The notes under the pieces were generated by a model that ran no database searches, was not told the DNA's origin, and worked only from the letters and a program-made list of their open reading frames with translations. From contig JADJPQ010000004.1 of the NCBI GenBank assembly GCA_016713175.1, forward strand, positions 372,278 through 436,277: DNA of 64,000 nucleotides, written 5' to 3'. Each line of letters opens with the position of its first letter. Positions within the stretch are counted from its first letter, which is position 1. Below are positions 20,336 through 29,410 of the stretch, one piece after another. Source of the stretch: Planctomycetota bacterium. GTDB lineage: Bacteria > Planctomycetota > UBA1135 > UBA2386. Both the position numbers and the translations under genes were made by a program.

Positions 20336-22239
20336 GGACATATCCCTATCCAAGCACCGCGCGAGGCGGCGGCGATTCCGGTCTCTTCGTATACGCCCCC
20401 TGGCTGTTTCCGGAACTCCTCGACGATCATCTGCGCGTACCAGATCGGTTGCTGGGGCGGTAGGTTCAGCACGAACACATCGTCGCCCATGCTGTTCGTG
20501 ATAGTGCCGGTCAGCGTCGAAGTCAAGTCAATGTTCAGCGTAATCCCAGTCAGGGATGGGTGCGGCGCGGCGGTTTGTGGAGGAGTTGGTGTAATGTGCA
20601 GAGTCCAGACACAGTTGAGGTGGCTATAGAGATGCCTGTTCCCGTCTCGGACCACGAATGGGTGCCCTACTCTCGGGGGCCCATAGGGGGCGATGATTCT
20701 TGGGTGGGCGCCTGCTGGGTGCGCGGTGCCGGCGCCGAACGGCGTGGCGCTCCAGAACCGATTGAATCGGCCACGATTGACACGGAACACGAACCCGTTC
20801 TCGCGGCCTGCGCTGGCCAAGACGAAGCCTGAATCACTTGCAGTCGACACATCCCAGATCCCCAAGAACCTCTCCCAAGCGTACATGGTGCCGCTGGAGC
20901 CATCGAGTGTCGTCGTGTCAAAGCTGGCTAAGACTGACATCGGGACTGAAGGATTTGATAGGTCTACTTGATCAATTCCATCCATCTGGTGGGCTATGTA
21001 TCCGGTTCTGCCGTCGGCCCGCAAATGATGTGCAACCGATGGTTGGACGGAAGCTGTCGGGTAGTTTGGGTTGTCAGGTATCATTGAGACGAGCGAGCCT
21101 GTCTGCGCAAGCGATGGCAGCTGAATTGTCAGTGGTATTGCGGGTATGTTGGGAAAATTGACTTGCGAAATGTTGACGGCGTCAATATTGCGGAACGGCG
21201 ACTCTTGTAGGATCCACATCGTCGCCGGCGATACGGACTCATCGACCCAAACCGAATGCGGCGCCGCAGCGAAGAGGGGGTACGTTGGGGTCGCGCCAAG
21301 GACTGATGGAGGGAGCAGCGGTGCGACCGGAGGTGGGACCACATGACGTCTAGGTCGCCATTGCCCCGGGTTTGACAGTGATAGCTGCGCCAAGTCCAGT
21401 ATTGTGACTTGGCGTCCAACCCAATCACATGCGTAGAGTCGATTGTTGAAAATCATGCTGTCGTGGATGCTAACGGGCTGCCACAAGTCTGACGAACCGG
21501 ATGTCCAGGTATGAAGAGCGGTTGGGGTCGAAGGGTTGATGAGCGATAGCAGATAAACGTCGTGGAGCGCCGTCTGAATGAAAAGCAGTGACCGGCTCGA
21601 GTCAATCGTAATAGTGTGGCAAAAACTAGGTAGGGCCATCCAGGAGTTCGCTACATGGGCGAGGGTGTTCTGTGTTCCTGCACGCTGGAGCTCGATTATC
21701 CAAAGACCGGGTCGAAGGTTGTTAATGGCGTACAGGAATGTGCGTTGCGACGGGCCGTGAAAGTGCGCGACGATCTCTCGATTTGTGCATAGGTTGGAGT
21801 CGATTGGGACCGGACCCTGGCAGTAGGGTGTCGCTCCGTTCAGGGCAGCCTGGAGGGCAGGGTTGCTCACTGGGATTGGGGCTTCCGCCACAAATATTGG
21901 CGTTGGTGGAGTCAGGCTCTGAAGATGGACGTTGGCGGGAACTGCGACTCTCGGGGCCGTGACATCGACCACCATGACTCCGTTGTTGCGGCCAAGCGCC
22001 AGGTACTCGCGATCATCGTTTGGATCCGCTGGATTCAGTGGGTCGGCGAAAGCCGCTAGGCCGGACGTCCAAGGATAAGGGCAAGGTCCTGGGGCGGGCA
22101 CGGGTGCCTGATAGATTATGGAAAAAGTGCCATCTCCTGAGCTTCCCGCCAAATGGCCGGGCGGGTTCGTCGCTGGTCCATTCTGTCCCAGGGCTAGTCC
22201 AGCAAGCAGATGCACCGCGAGTATGAAGAGCGATCTCAT
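20332..22239 (-). CDS. Hypothetical secreted protein (636 aa), encoded in a lower-GC segment
   Basis: Signal peptide MRSLFILAVHLLAGLALG. The coding region is visibly less GC-rich than its surroundings, with relaxed third-position GC. No recognisable domain by eye. Translationally coupled to the downstream gene. Confidence 0.5.
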   Translation of the reverse strand: MRSLFILAVHLLAGLALGQNGPATNPPGHLAGSSGDGTFSIIYQAPVPAPGPCPYPWTSGLAAFADPLNPADPNDDREYLALGRNNGVMVVDVTAPRVAVPANVHLQSLTPPTPIFVAEAPIPVSNPALQAALNGATPYCQGPVPIDSNLCTNREIVAHFHGPSQRTFLYAINNLRPGLWIIELQRAGTQNTLAHVANSWMALPSFCHTITIDSSRSLLFIQTALHDVYLLSLINPSTPTALHTWTSGSSDLWQPVSIHDSMIFNNRLYACDWVGRQVTILDLAQLSLSNPGQWRPRRHVVPPPVAPLLPPSVLGATPTYPLFAAAPHSVWVDESVSPATMWILQESPFRNIDAVNISQVNFPNIPAIPLTIQLPSLAQTGSLVSMIPDNPNYPTASVQPSVAHHLRADGRTGYIAHQMDGIDQVDLSNPSVPMSVLASFDTTTLDGSSGTMYAWERFLGIWDVSTASDSGFVLASAGRENGFVFRVNRGRFNRFWSATPFGAGTAHPAGAHPRIIAPYGPPRVGHPFVVRDGNRHLYSHLNCVWTLHITPTPPQTAAPHPSLTGITLNIDLTSTLTGTITNSMGDDVFVLNLPPQQPIWYAQMIVEEFRKQPGGVYEETGIAAASRGAWIGICP

Positions 22240-22374
22240 CGAGGCGAACTCTAGTGAACGGTTCGTCAACCGGTCAACTCCCGGCGAACCGGAGCGCGAT
22301 TGCGGTAGAGCGGAATGAGAAGCCATTCGTGACAGCCTCAAAGCACGTTGCGGCGTTAGGTTGGGTTCCAGTCG

Positions 22375-22565
22375 GTTCCGCACCACCAGGAAGTCCGGCG
22401 ATCACCAACCCCGTGCCGACGATCGTCGCTGCATCGATCTTCCCATCGCCGACCGCGACTCCGAGCAGCGTCGCCAGCACCGGCGTCACCAACGAGATTA
22501 GACTCAACTCGCCGGCCGGCTGGTGCCGCAAGAGCCAGAAGTCGGCTGCCAGCGCCCTGGCCATT
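22375..22565 (-). repeat. Decayed direct copy (copy A) of the 3' ~200 nt of the EamA transporter gene (24679–24900)
   Basis: Direct nucleotide comparison: the ccaccagg..gatcaccaaccccgtgccgacgatcgtcgc..cgccgaccgc..gagcagcgtcgccagcaccggcgtcac block is shared with the 24.7 kb gene end. It encodes the fragment LISLVTPVLATLLGVAVGDGKIDAATIVGTGLVIAG. Confidence 0.75.
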
Positions 22566-22583
22566 GGAGCAAGGAAGCGGTGT

Positions 22584-22880
22584 TCAGCCCTTCGGCTCCC
22601 GCGCCACCAGACAGACTCCGGCGATCACCAACCCGTGCCGACAATCGTCACCGCATCGATCTTCCGATCTTCCCATCACCGACCGCGACCCCGAGCAACG
22701 TCGCCAGCACCGGCGTCACATACGAAATCAGGCTCAGCTTCCCCGCCGGCATGTACCGCAACAGCCAGAAACAGGTCGAGAACGCGAACCCCGTGCCGAT
22801 CAGCGCGAGCAACGCCATCGACATGACACCCTGCGTCATCCAAACCTCCGGCTGCCAGCCCGCGCGCAGCAGCGGGTGGC
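22584..22880 (-). repeat. Decayed direct copy (copy B) of the 3' ~285 nt of the EamA transporter gene (24679–24962)
   Basis: About 85–90% nucleotide identity to the EamA gene end, with a small internal duplication (gatcttccgatcttcc). It encodes FAFSTCFWLLRYMPAGKLSLISYVTPVLATLLGVAVGDGK. Confidence 0.8.
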
Positions 22881-22887
22881 CAAGGCG

Positions 22888-24024
22888 TCATCGCTCGGGG
22901 ATCACCCCAAACTCCCGCGCATCTTCAACGACCCAGGTCCGGCCGGCCCGATGCAACGTGCCCATGCAGCGGACGACGGCGCCGGTCCGGTGCGCAGTGA
23001 TCGCGGCCTGGTAGTCGTTGCCATCGAGCGCGATGGCGACGTGCCTCCAGCCAGTGTCGACTTCCGTGTGCACGATGGCGGTGCCGCCAACGGCGGCCGC
23101 TGTGCTGTCGAGTCGGACGACGTGACCCTTCACTTCGAAACTGACGTAGGTTGCGGCCTCGCGGAGACCCGTCGCGGCTTCGCGCAGCTGGCCGGCGACG
23201 TCGGCGCTGAACACGACGCTGCCGGGGGTGGGGTCGAGGTTGGGGCGTTGCGTGGCGAACGAGAAGGAGGCGCGCAGTGTTTCGGCCTCGGTCGCGTCGA
23301 AGACCTCGGCGATGGCGTCGCAGAGGTTGGCGTTGACGCCTTGACCGATCCGGCGGCGGAACGGCTCGAGCGTCGCCTCGGCTGCCGCTTCGCGGCTGGC
23401 ATCGCCGACGCCGCTCAGTGCGTGGGCCAGGCGAACACAGGCCAGACGTTCCAGGGGTTCGTGGCCGATGTCCTCGGTCGTCGTGTCGTCGAGCAAGCGC
23501 TGCGGAACCTCGCATTCGATCGTGAGCACGAAGCTGCCGACCTCCGGCTGCCCGAACCTGGCGCGCCGGATCAGGTCCATCGCCTCGGCCGTTTTTCGGC
23601 GGGGGAACGATGCGCGCGGCTCCCGCACCGAGCAAGCTGCCGAAAGCAGCATGTCGCGGGCGGCCTCGTAGACCCGGTGGCCCGCTTCGACGGAGATTCG
23701 GCCATCTCGAGTGATCCGGCTTTCGATGCCCAACCGGACGACGTCCAGCGAGCAAGCCCGGATGTCGCTCAGGATGGGCGTGGGAGGTCGTTCTTCGAAC
23801 CTGGCCAGGTCGGCCAGCAGCAGGTCCACGGCGCGAGAGTAGCCGCCGCCATGCGCCTGCATCGGGATCTCGAGATCGAGGATCGCACCGCCGCGTGACA
23901 AGGTCGCGGTCGCCCAGGTGGCAGCCGAGCTCGTGATCGTCCAGCCGCGGCTGCGCAGATACGCGACGATCTGGCCCGGCGTCGGTACGGCGACGCGATG
24001 CGGCACCCACACGAACGGGCTCAC
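22888..24024 (-). CDS. Hypothetical protein (378 aa), unknown function, in the islet between the EamA 3'-end copies
   Basis: Long ORF with protein-like composition and no TM or signal. No motif recognised. Lies about 100 nt downstream of the PD-(D/E)xK-like small ORF in a different frame. Confidence 0.45.
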   Translation of the reverse strand: MSPFVWVPHRVAVPTPGQIVAYLRSRGWTITSSAATWATATLSRGGAILDLEIPMQAHGGGYSRAVDLLLADLARFEERPPTPILSDIRACSLDVVRLGIESRITRDGRISVEAGHRVYEAARDMLLSAACSVREPRASFPRRKTAEAMDLIRRARFGQPEVGSFVLTIECEVPQRLLDDTTTEDIGHEPLERLACVRLAHALSGVGDASREAAAEATLEPFRRRIGQGVNANLCDAIAEVFDATEAETLRASFSFATQRPNLDPTPGSVVFSADVAGQLREAATGLREAATYVSFEVKGHVVRLDSTAAAVGGTAIVHTEVDTGWRHVAIALDGNDYQAAITAHRTGAVVRCMGTLHRAGRTWVVEDAREFGVIPER

Positions 24025-24121
24025 GGGGCGTCTCCCTGGTCAATGCGGTTCATCAGGATCTGCAGGTTCGTCGGGTGGAAGCAGTTGGCCTGCGGTATGT
24101 GGACACGAACTGTAGCAGTGT

Positions 24122-24529
24122 TCAGCGACGCCGGCATGCCTCGCAGGGAGCGCCAGTAGCCGCAGTGCCGCAGTGCCGCAGTACCAGTTCTGCCGCCGTG
24201 GCGGAGGCCCAATTCGCGCGCTCGGCCGGCAGCGCGACGACGACGAGGATCCGTGGCGGGATCGCGGTGTCGTCGCGGAGTTCGTCGTAGTTCTTGATTC
24301 CCAGGTCGAAAGGGAAGGGGTCTTGGGTGATCGGCTGGGTCGTGGCCTTCAGTTGCAGTTCGAGCCGTGGCCCCCTCGTCGACCCGCTCGGTGATCTCGC
24401 GAAGAGCACCGCGTCGACGCCGTCGGCGTCCATCATTCGGTTGCTTTCTTGAACGAAGTAGCCTGCGGCGTGGGCGACTGCCCGAACGTAGGCGTGACTG
24501 AATTCCGACTTCAGGTCGTTGGAGGTCAT
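24122..24529 (-). CDS. Small protein with a PD-(D/E)xK nuclease-like N-terminal module (DUF4365-like by recollection), possibly a fragment
   Basis: MTSNDLKSEFSHAYVRAVAHAAGYFVQESNRMMDADGVDAVLFAR...RLELQLKATT follows the E..a.a..g...D.GiD...(E/Q)xK pattern of restriction-endonuclease-like folds. Only 135 aa, so it may be the N-terminal piece of a frameshifted larger gene that continues into 22888..24024. Confidence 0.35.
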   Translation of the reverse strand: MTSNDLKSEFSHAYVRAVAHAAGYFVQESNRMMDADGVDAVLFARSPSGSTRGPRLELQLKATTQPITQDPFPFDLGIKNYDELRDDTAIPPRILVVVALPAERANWASATAAELVLRHCGTAATGAPCEACRRR

Positions 24530-24675
24530 GTTGCGGCGAGCGCGTTGCAACGCGAACAGGCGGCGGGTGGCGCAAGGTGGCAGGGGGCGCGCAGGTCCTT
24601 CTTCGAGCCCCAAGACCGTTGTGCATGGTAGCTGCAGGGTCGCCGACTGCCAGCAATCTGACCGAGCGAGTGGTC

Positions 24676-25551
24676 TTAGCCCTTCGGCTTCCGAACCACC
24701 AGGCAGACCCCCGCGATCACCAACCCCGTGCCGACGATCGTCGCTCCATCGAGCTTGCCATCGCCGACCGCAACCCCGAGCAGCGTCGCCAGCACCGGCG
24801 TCACATACGAAATCAGGCTCAGCTTCCCCGCCGGCATGTGCCGTAACAGCCAGAAGTAGGTCGAGAACGCGAACACCGTGCCGACCAGCGCCAGGGCCGC
24901 CATCGACACGACACCCTGCGTCGTCCAGACCTCCGGGCGCCAGCCTTCGCGGAGCAGCGCCGCACCGCCGAGCAGCACCGCGCCGAGCACCATGCCGTTC
25001 CGGTTCAGCACGATCGAACTGGTCTTGCTGCCGTGTTTCTTGATCAGCACCGTGCCGACCGCCGACACGATTGGCGAGCCGAGCAGCAGCAGCGCCATCG
25101 GCAGCGCTTCCGGACCAACCCCGAGATCGCCGGAGAACATCGCGACGATGCCGCTGAACGACAGCAGAAGGCCGCCGGTCTGTCGCCGCGATAGCGTCTC
25201 GCCAAGCCACACCGTGCCCGCGATCGCCATCAAGACCGGAAAGATCGCCCACAGCACCGCAGCGACACCGGAGGGGACCACCGTCTCGGCGACATACAGG
25301 ATCCCGTACGAACCGGCGAAATTGGTGACGGCGGCGGTGACCCACAGCCAGGTCGGTGGCGGCGGCGCGCCCTCGAGGCGCCGCAGCGTCGGCGTGATGA
25401 CGATCATCACCAGACCCGCGAGCGCAAAGCGCGCGCCGGCGGCGGTCAGCGGCAGTTCTTGTGGTCCGAGCCGGATGCCGAGCCAGGTGCTGCCCCAGAT
25501 CAGGCACAGCACGGCGATCAGCAGCGGTCGCAACCAGGCAGGTCCGTTCAT
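24676..25551 (-). CDS. EamA/DMT-family (drug/metabolite exporter) 10-TM transporter
   Basis: Two EamA repeats. The C-terminal segment FAFSTYFWLLRHMPAGKLSLISYVTPVLATLLGVAVGDGKLDGATIVGTGLVIAG is typical of the family. Start at MNGPAWLRPLL, forming an ATGA overlap with the upstream aldehyde dehydrogenase-like gene. Confidence 0.8.
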   Translation of the reverse strand: MNGPAWLRPLLIAVLCLIWGSTWLGIRLGPQELPLTAAGARFALAGLVMIVITPTLRRLEGAPPPPTWLWVTAAVTNFAGSYGILYVAETVVPSGVAAVLWAIFPVLMAIAGTVWLGETLSRRQTGGLLLSFSGIVAMFSGDLGVGPEALPMALLLLGSPIVSAVGTVLIKKHGSKTSSIVLNRNGMVLGAVLLGGAALLREGWRPEVWTTQGVVSMAALALVGTVFAFSTYFWLLRHMPAGKLSLISYVTPVLATLLGVAVGDGKLDGATIVGTGLVIAGVCLVVRKPKG

Positions 25552-27089
25552 GGGCGCAATCCGTGGGCGAGCACCGGCAGCAGCCGGAGGCGGGAGCCCG
25601 TGGCGTAGAAGGTCGCGAGCGCGCGCAGGGTGTCGAGGCCGCGGCGATGCCACGGGAACTGCGGCGGCAATGGGCTTGGGATCGGCGGTCCGCGCAGGAT
25701 CACCTGATCGACCGGCAACAGCGCGACGCGCGGTCCATGCACGAAGCCGCGACCGGACCCGCGCGCATCGTCGATGGCGTGTTCGCCGCCGAACGCACCC
25801 CACGGCGTGTTCATCAGCGCATAGCTGAGCCCTGGGTTGGCGTTGATGGCCACGGTGCCCTTCCGCAGCGCGCGCGCGGCGCGTTCGAGATGCGGTTGGT
25901 CGGTGGCGCGGAGCGTGGATGGCACCGCAAGCTGCGCCGCGAGCGTGCCGAGGCAGTCATTGGCCAGGCTCGTGGCCGCACCCAGGAACGACGCGACATC
26001 GTCACCGGGCAGCGGCACCTCGAGCAGCACCGGCGCGAAGCGTTCGGCCATCAGGTGCGTGGCATCGCGGCTGGCTGAGCCGTCGGTGCGCAACAGGCCG
26101 GGCAAGCGCCCATCGGCGGGAACGGGCCGTTCGGCAGCCGCCTCGAACCAGGTCGCCGCCGCCGGATAGAATGGTCGGCGCGGCGGCAGTTCGGCCAGCG
26201 TCACCTGGATCCGGTCGAGGAACGCGCGCCGCTGCGGCCAGCTGCTGGCGGTCAGCAGCACCCTCGGCGTCACGCAGTTGCAGCCGGCATTGAAGAGCAG
26301 TTGGGCCGCGAGGGCACGCGCCTGCCAGTCGAGTTCGCGTTCGGGCCAGTTGCCGGGTAGCACGATGACCGGCGTGACGTTGCCGAGTTCGGCGGTCCAG
26401 CGCTTGTTGGCGAGATGCGGACCGGCGCGGAGCGCAGCAGCGGTGGCATGACTGCCGGTCAGATGCACGGCGGCGATCCTGGTGTCACCGGCAAGCGCCT
26501 GACCGAGTCCGGCGTCGCCGACGCGGAAGGACAGATGGCGTTGGGTCACCAGCGGCGCGAACGCGCGCTCGAGGATCGGTTGCAGGGAGGCGTGCAGCGG
26601 GCTCAGCTTGCAGAGCACGGCCTGGCCATGCACGAACAGCGCATGCAGCGCATCGGCGACCGGCATGCTGCTGACATTGCCGGCGCCGAGCACCAACGTG
26701 ATGCCGGGCGGCGGTCGGTGCGTCGCCGGGCGATGACCGAAGAGCGCATCGGCCCGATGGCCAGCGAACAACCAGCGATCGGCGAACGCCGGGTCGGGAA
26801 ACAACTGCAGCGAACGGCCGGCCGGCGTCATCGCGATCGGCGGTGCGTCCAGGCAGCGCAGCAGCCGCAGGACCGGCAGCGGACCGGTGGCCCATTCTTC
26901 GGTCAGGATCGTCCGATCGTCGGCGCCGTGCTTTCTGGCGGCGGCGGCGGCGACCCATTCGTCGGCGGCGGCATGGACGCTGCGGCGGCAGGCGGCAAGC
27001 AACTGGCGACGTGCGGCGGCATCGCCGGGTGGCGGTTGCAGCGCAGAGAGCGCAGCGTCGACCTCGACGGGCAGCGGGGCGGGCGGCAC
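25548..27089 (-). CDS. Aldehyde dehydrogenase superfamily-like protein
   Basis: ALDH-like blocks: GAGNVSSMP (cofactor loop), ELGNVTPVIV (catalytic Glu region) and NAGCNCVTPR (catalytic Cys region). Overall length is 513 aa. Confidence 0.55.
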   Translation of the reverse strand: MPPAPLPVEVDAALSALQPPPGDAAARRQLLAACRRSVHAAADEWVAAAAARKHGADDRTILTEEWATGPLPVLRLLRCLDAPPIAMTPAGRSLQLFPDPAFADRWLFAGHRADALFGHRPATHRPPPGITLVLGAGNVSSMPVADALHALFVHGQAVLCKLSPLHASLQPILERAFAPLVTQRHLSFRVGDAGLGQALAGDTRIAAVHLTGSHATAAALRAGPHLANKRWTAELGNVTPVIVLPGNWPERELDWQARALAAQLLFNAGCNCVTPRVLLTASSWPQRRAFLDRIQVTLAELPPRRPFYPAAATWFEAAAERPVPADGRLPGLLRTDGSASRDATHLMAERFAPVLLEVPLPGDDVASFLGAATSLANDCLGTLAAQLAVPSTLRATDQPHLERAARALRKGTVAINANPGLSYALMNTPWGAFGGEHAIDDARGSGRGFVHGPRVALLPVDQVILRGPPIPSPLPPQFPWHRRGLDTLRALATFYATGSRLRLLPVLAHGLRP

Positions 27090-27147
27090 GCCGGCAGCAG
27101 AGCCGGACGGGACGTCGGCTGCAAGCGCTCGCCGCAGCGGTGCCGGG

Positions 27148-29202
27148 TCAGTTGCTGCGCAACGCGAAGTCCTGCACGACGCGATCCGTGCCCTCTGCGA
27201 TCACCAGCGGCCGCTGCGTCTGCTTCTGCTGGACGAGGATGTCGAACGGATTCTCTGTGCCAGCCCGCCGGACTGCATGGATCGTCCAAGTGCCCGGTGG
27301 CACGCGCTGCGTGAACGTGTAGGTGCCGTTGCCGTCACTGGTCGCATTCGCCTGGAAGAACTCCGTTGGCGGCGCGGCACCGGCGGGGGCCGGTGGTGTC
27401 GTCAGCGTGACGTTGATCTGGCCCATTGGCTGCCCATCGAGCGTCGTGGTGCCGGTGACGATCGTCCCGCGCCGGAGCCGCAATTCGCCGGCGTCGACGC
27501 GCTGCCCTTCGCTGCCGATCGTCACGATCTGGCTTTGTGCCCCGCAGAAGTCCGGGTGCCGCACGCGAATGAGGTAGTCGGCGAACGCCAGGCGCGTCAG
27601 CCGGAAGCGCCCGTCGGCGTCGGTTCGCGCGCTCGCCGTCGAGTGCTTCTCCGGCATGAACTGCCGCAGCATCTGGCCGAACGCGTTGCCTGGGTCGAGC
27701 AGCATGCCGCTGCTGTGATCGGTCACGACCACCGCACCGCTGACCGGTCGGCCTTGGTCGTCGACGACGTGACCTTCGATCACGCCGCCCAGCGTCAGTC
27801 GGCAGACGACCTCCGGCGACGTGCCGTTGGCGACGACCTGGAACGGTTCGCTGAGGCTCTTGGCGTGCTGGCCGTTGTCTTCGATCTGGAACACGAAGTC
27901 GCCGATCGGTACGCCGCGGATCACGGCCCATTCGCCGGAGAACTCCGGTGGGTAGTCGCCCGGCGTGATCCGGAGATCGCGGAACTCCGGAACGTTGCCG
28001 ATGCCGAGCGGGTTGTCCGGAAAGAAGCGCTTCAGCGCCAGCTTGTAGGCCTTGATCGGCGCGCCGTTGGCGGCAAGGACTTTCAGTTTGGCGAACGCTC
28101 GTGGCTCCAGCGCGACGCCGAGATCCAGCATGCCGGCCGGCACCGGCTTCTGTTGGTGTTCTTCGTAGCCTTTGGCGGTGAACGCGAGCTGGAACTCGCC
28201 CTCACGGAGGCCCTCAAGGCGGAACCGGCCATCGGTGTCGCTGCTCGCCGTGCCGGTCTGCGGCGCTTTGGCCGACAGCGCCGTGGCCAGGATCGTGCAG
28301 CCGCGGATCGGATTGCCTTGGTTGTCGGTGACGACGCCGGCGATCGGCAGGCCGACCGCCAGTTCGAGCACGAACTCGTTGGTGGTCGTGGCGGCGATCT
28401 GCAGGTTGTGCTTCTCGACACGGCAGAAGCTCTGCGCTTGTGCGGCCAGGTGGATCAGCCCCAGCCGCGGTGCATTGGCGAAGCGGAACAGGCCGGCGGC
28501 ATTCGTGCGCGCCGTGATGCCCTGTTCGCGCCCCGGTGTCGGCAGCATCTGGTGCGTCGCATTCGCTTCGTTGAGGAACACCTGTGCGTCGGCGATCGGT
28601 TGGCCGGTGCCTTCCTGGACGACGCGACCGACCACGATCAGCCCCTGCTCGAGCTGCAGGGTGCCGGCGTCGTACCAATCGTCGGCGCGGATCTTGATGC
28701 CCTTGTGGTGCAGTTCCGGATGCAGGTCGCTGACGACGCGCAGATCGATCGGGGTGTCGATCTTCTTGACGCCGAGCGCGAACGTGCCGTCTGCCGCCGT
28801 CGCACTGAAGGCAAGCGGCGGTGTGCGGATGCCCGACTTGCTCTTCAGGTAGGTGTCGATCGGGTCGTGCATCGTATTCGGCATCAAGAACACCGGAATG
28901 CCGGCGGCCGGTGCGCCGCCTGGCAGCAGCACGCGACCGCGAATGCCCTGGCCGGCGTCGACCTGGCTGTCGTCGACCAGCCGTTCGACCTGCTGCCGCT
29001 GGTGGTCTGCCGCCGTCGAAGGTGCGGCGGTGCTGGTGGCGGGGGCCGGCGGCGAGGGTTCCGGCGTTGCGGGCGACTGCGGACTCTGGCGCGCGGCATC
29101 GGGCGATGCCGGTGCGGGCGGAGTCGGGCCGCCAATCAGCAACAGGAAGGTGATGCCGGCCAATGCCAGCAACGACAGAACGGTCCACCGGGTGGCGTTC
29201 AT
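27148..29202 (-). CDS. Secreted protein made of repeated carboxypeptidase-regulatory-like (CarbopepD_reg) beta-sandwich domains
   Basis: Signal anchor MNATRWTVLSLLALAGITFLLLIGG and a Pro/Ala/Ser-rich linker. There are more than five repeats of the G.V.D..G.PI.GA.V...........TDA.GRFRL..L..G.Y type. Confidence 0.6.
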   Translation of the reverse strand: MNATRWTVLSLLALAGITFLLLIGGPTPPAPASPDAARQSPQSPATPEPSPPAPATSTAAPSTAADHQRQQVERLVDDSQVDAGQGIRGRVLLPGGAPAAGIPVFLMPNTMHDPIDTYLKSKSGIRTPPLAFSATAADGTFALGVKKIDTPIDLRVVSDLHPELHHKGIKIRADDWYDAGTLQLEQGLIVVGRVVQEGTGQPIADAQVFLNEANATHQMLPTPGREQGITARTNAAGLFRFANAPRLGLIHLAAQAQSFCRVEKHNLQIAATTTNEFVLELAVGLPIAGVVTDNQGNPIRGCTILATALSAKAPQTGTASSDTDGRFRLEGLREGEFQLAFTAKGYEEHQQKPVPAGMLDLGVALEPRAFAKLKVLAANGAPIKAYKLALKRFFPDNPLGIGNVPEFRDLRITPGDYPPEFSGEWAVIRGVPIGDFVFQIEDNGQHAKSLSEPFQVVANGTSPEVVCRLTLGGVIEGHVVDDQGRPVSGAVVVTDHSSGMLLDPGNAFGQMLRQFMPEKHSTASARTDADGRFRLTRLAFADYLIRVRHPDFCGAQSQIVTIGSEGQRVDAGELRLRRGTIVTGTTTLDGQPMGQINVTLTTPPAPAGAAPPTEFFQANATSDGNGTYTFTQRVPPGTWTIHAVRRAGTENPFDILVQQKQTQRPLVIAEGTDRVVQDFALRSN

Positions 29203-29410
29203 GGCAACTCCAGGGGCAATGAGATCGCACCGCGCCGCAGGTCGGGCGGTCGTGATCATTCCGGTGCGGCACGCGCAACCGGGCAGGTTGTCCCTGCGAC
29301 GTCGCCGTTGCCGCGGTTCTTCCAGGAAGGTCGCGAAATCGTCGCGCGGGTGTCCGGGTTGCCGCCGTGTGGCGATTGAGTTTGCCGGCGTTGCGCGCGA
29401 CGCTGTCGCC

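Noticed and set aside
22254-23014. Plus-strand ORFs (190 and 163 aa) over the EamA-fragment repeats
   Set aside because: They are antisense to the decayed transporter fragments and consist of Pro/Ser/Thr/Ala-rich sequence. They are best explained as by-products of the repeat.
24530-25507. Upstream 326 codons of the 461-aa track ORF 24122..25507
   Set aside because: Out-of-frame overlap with the EamA transporter gene, which has convincing TM and family motifs. Only the last 135 codons (from MTSNDLK) look like a real protein.
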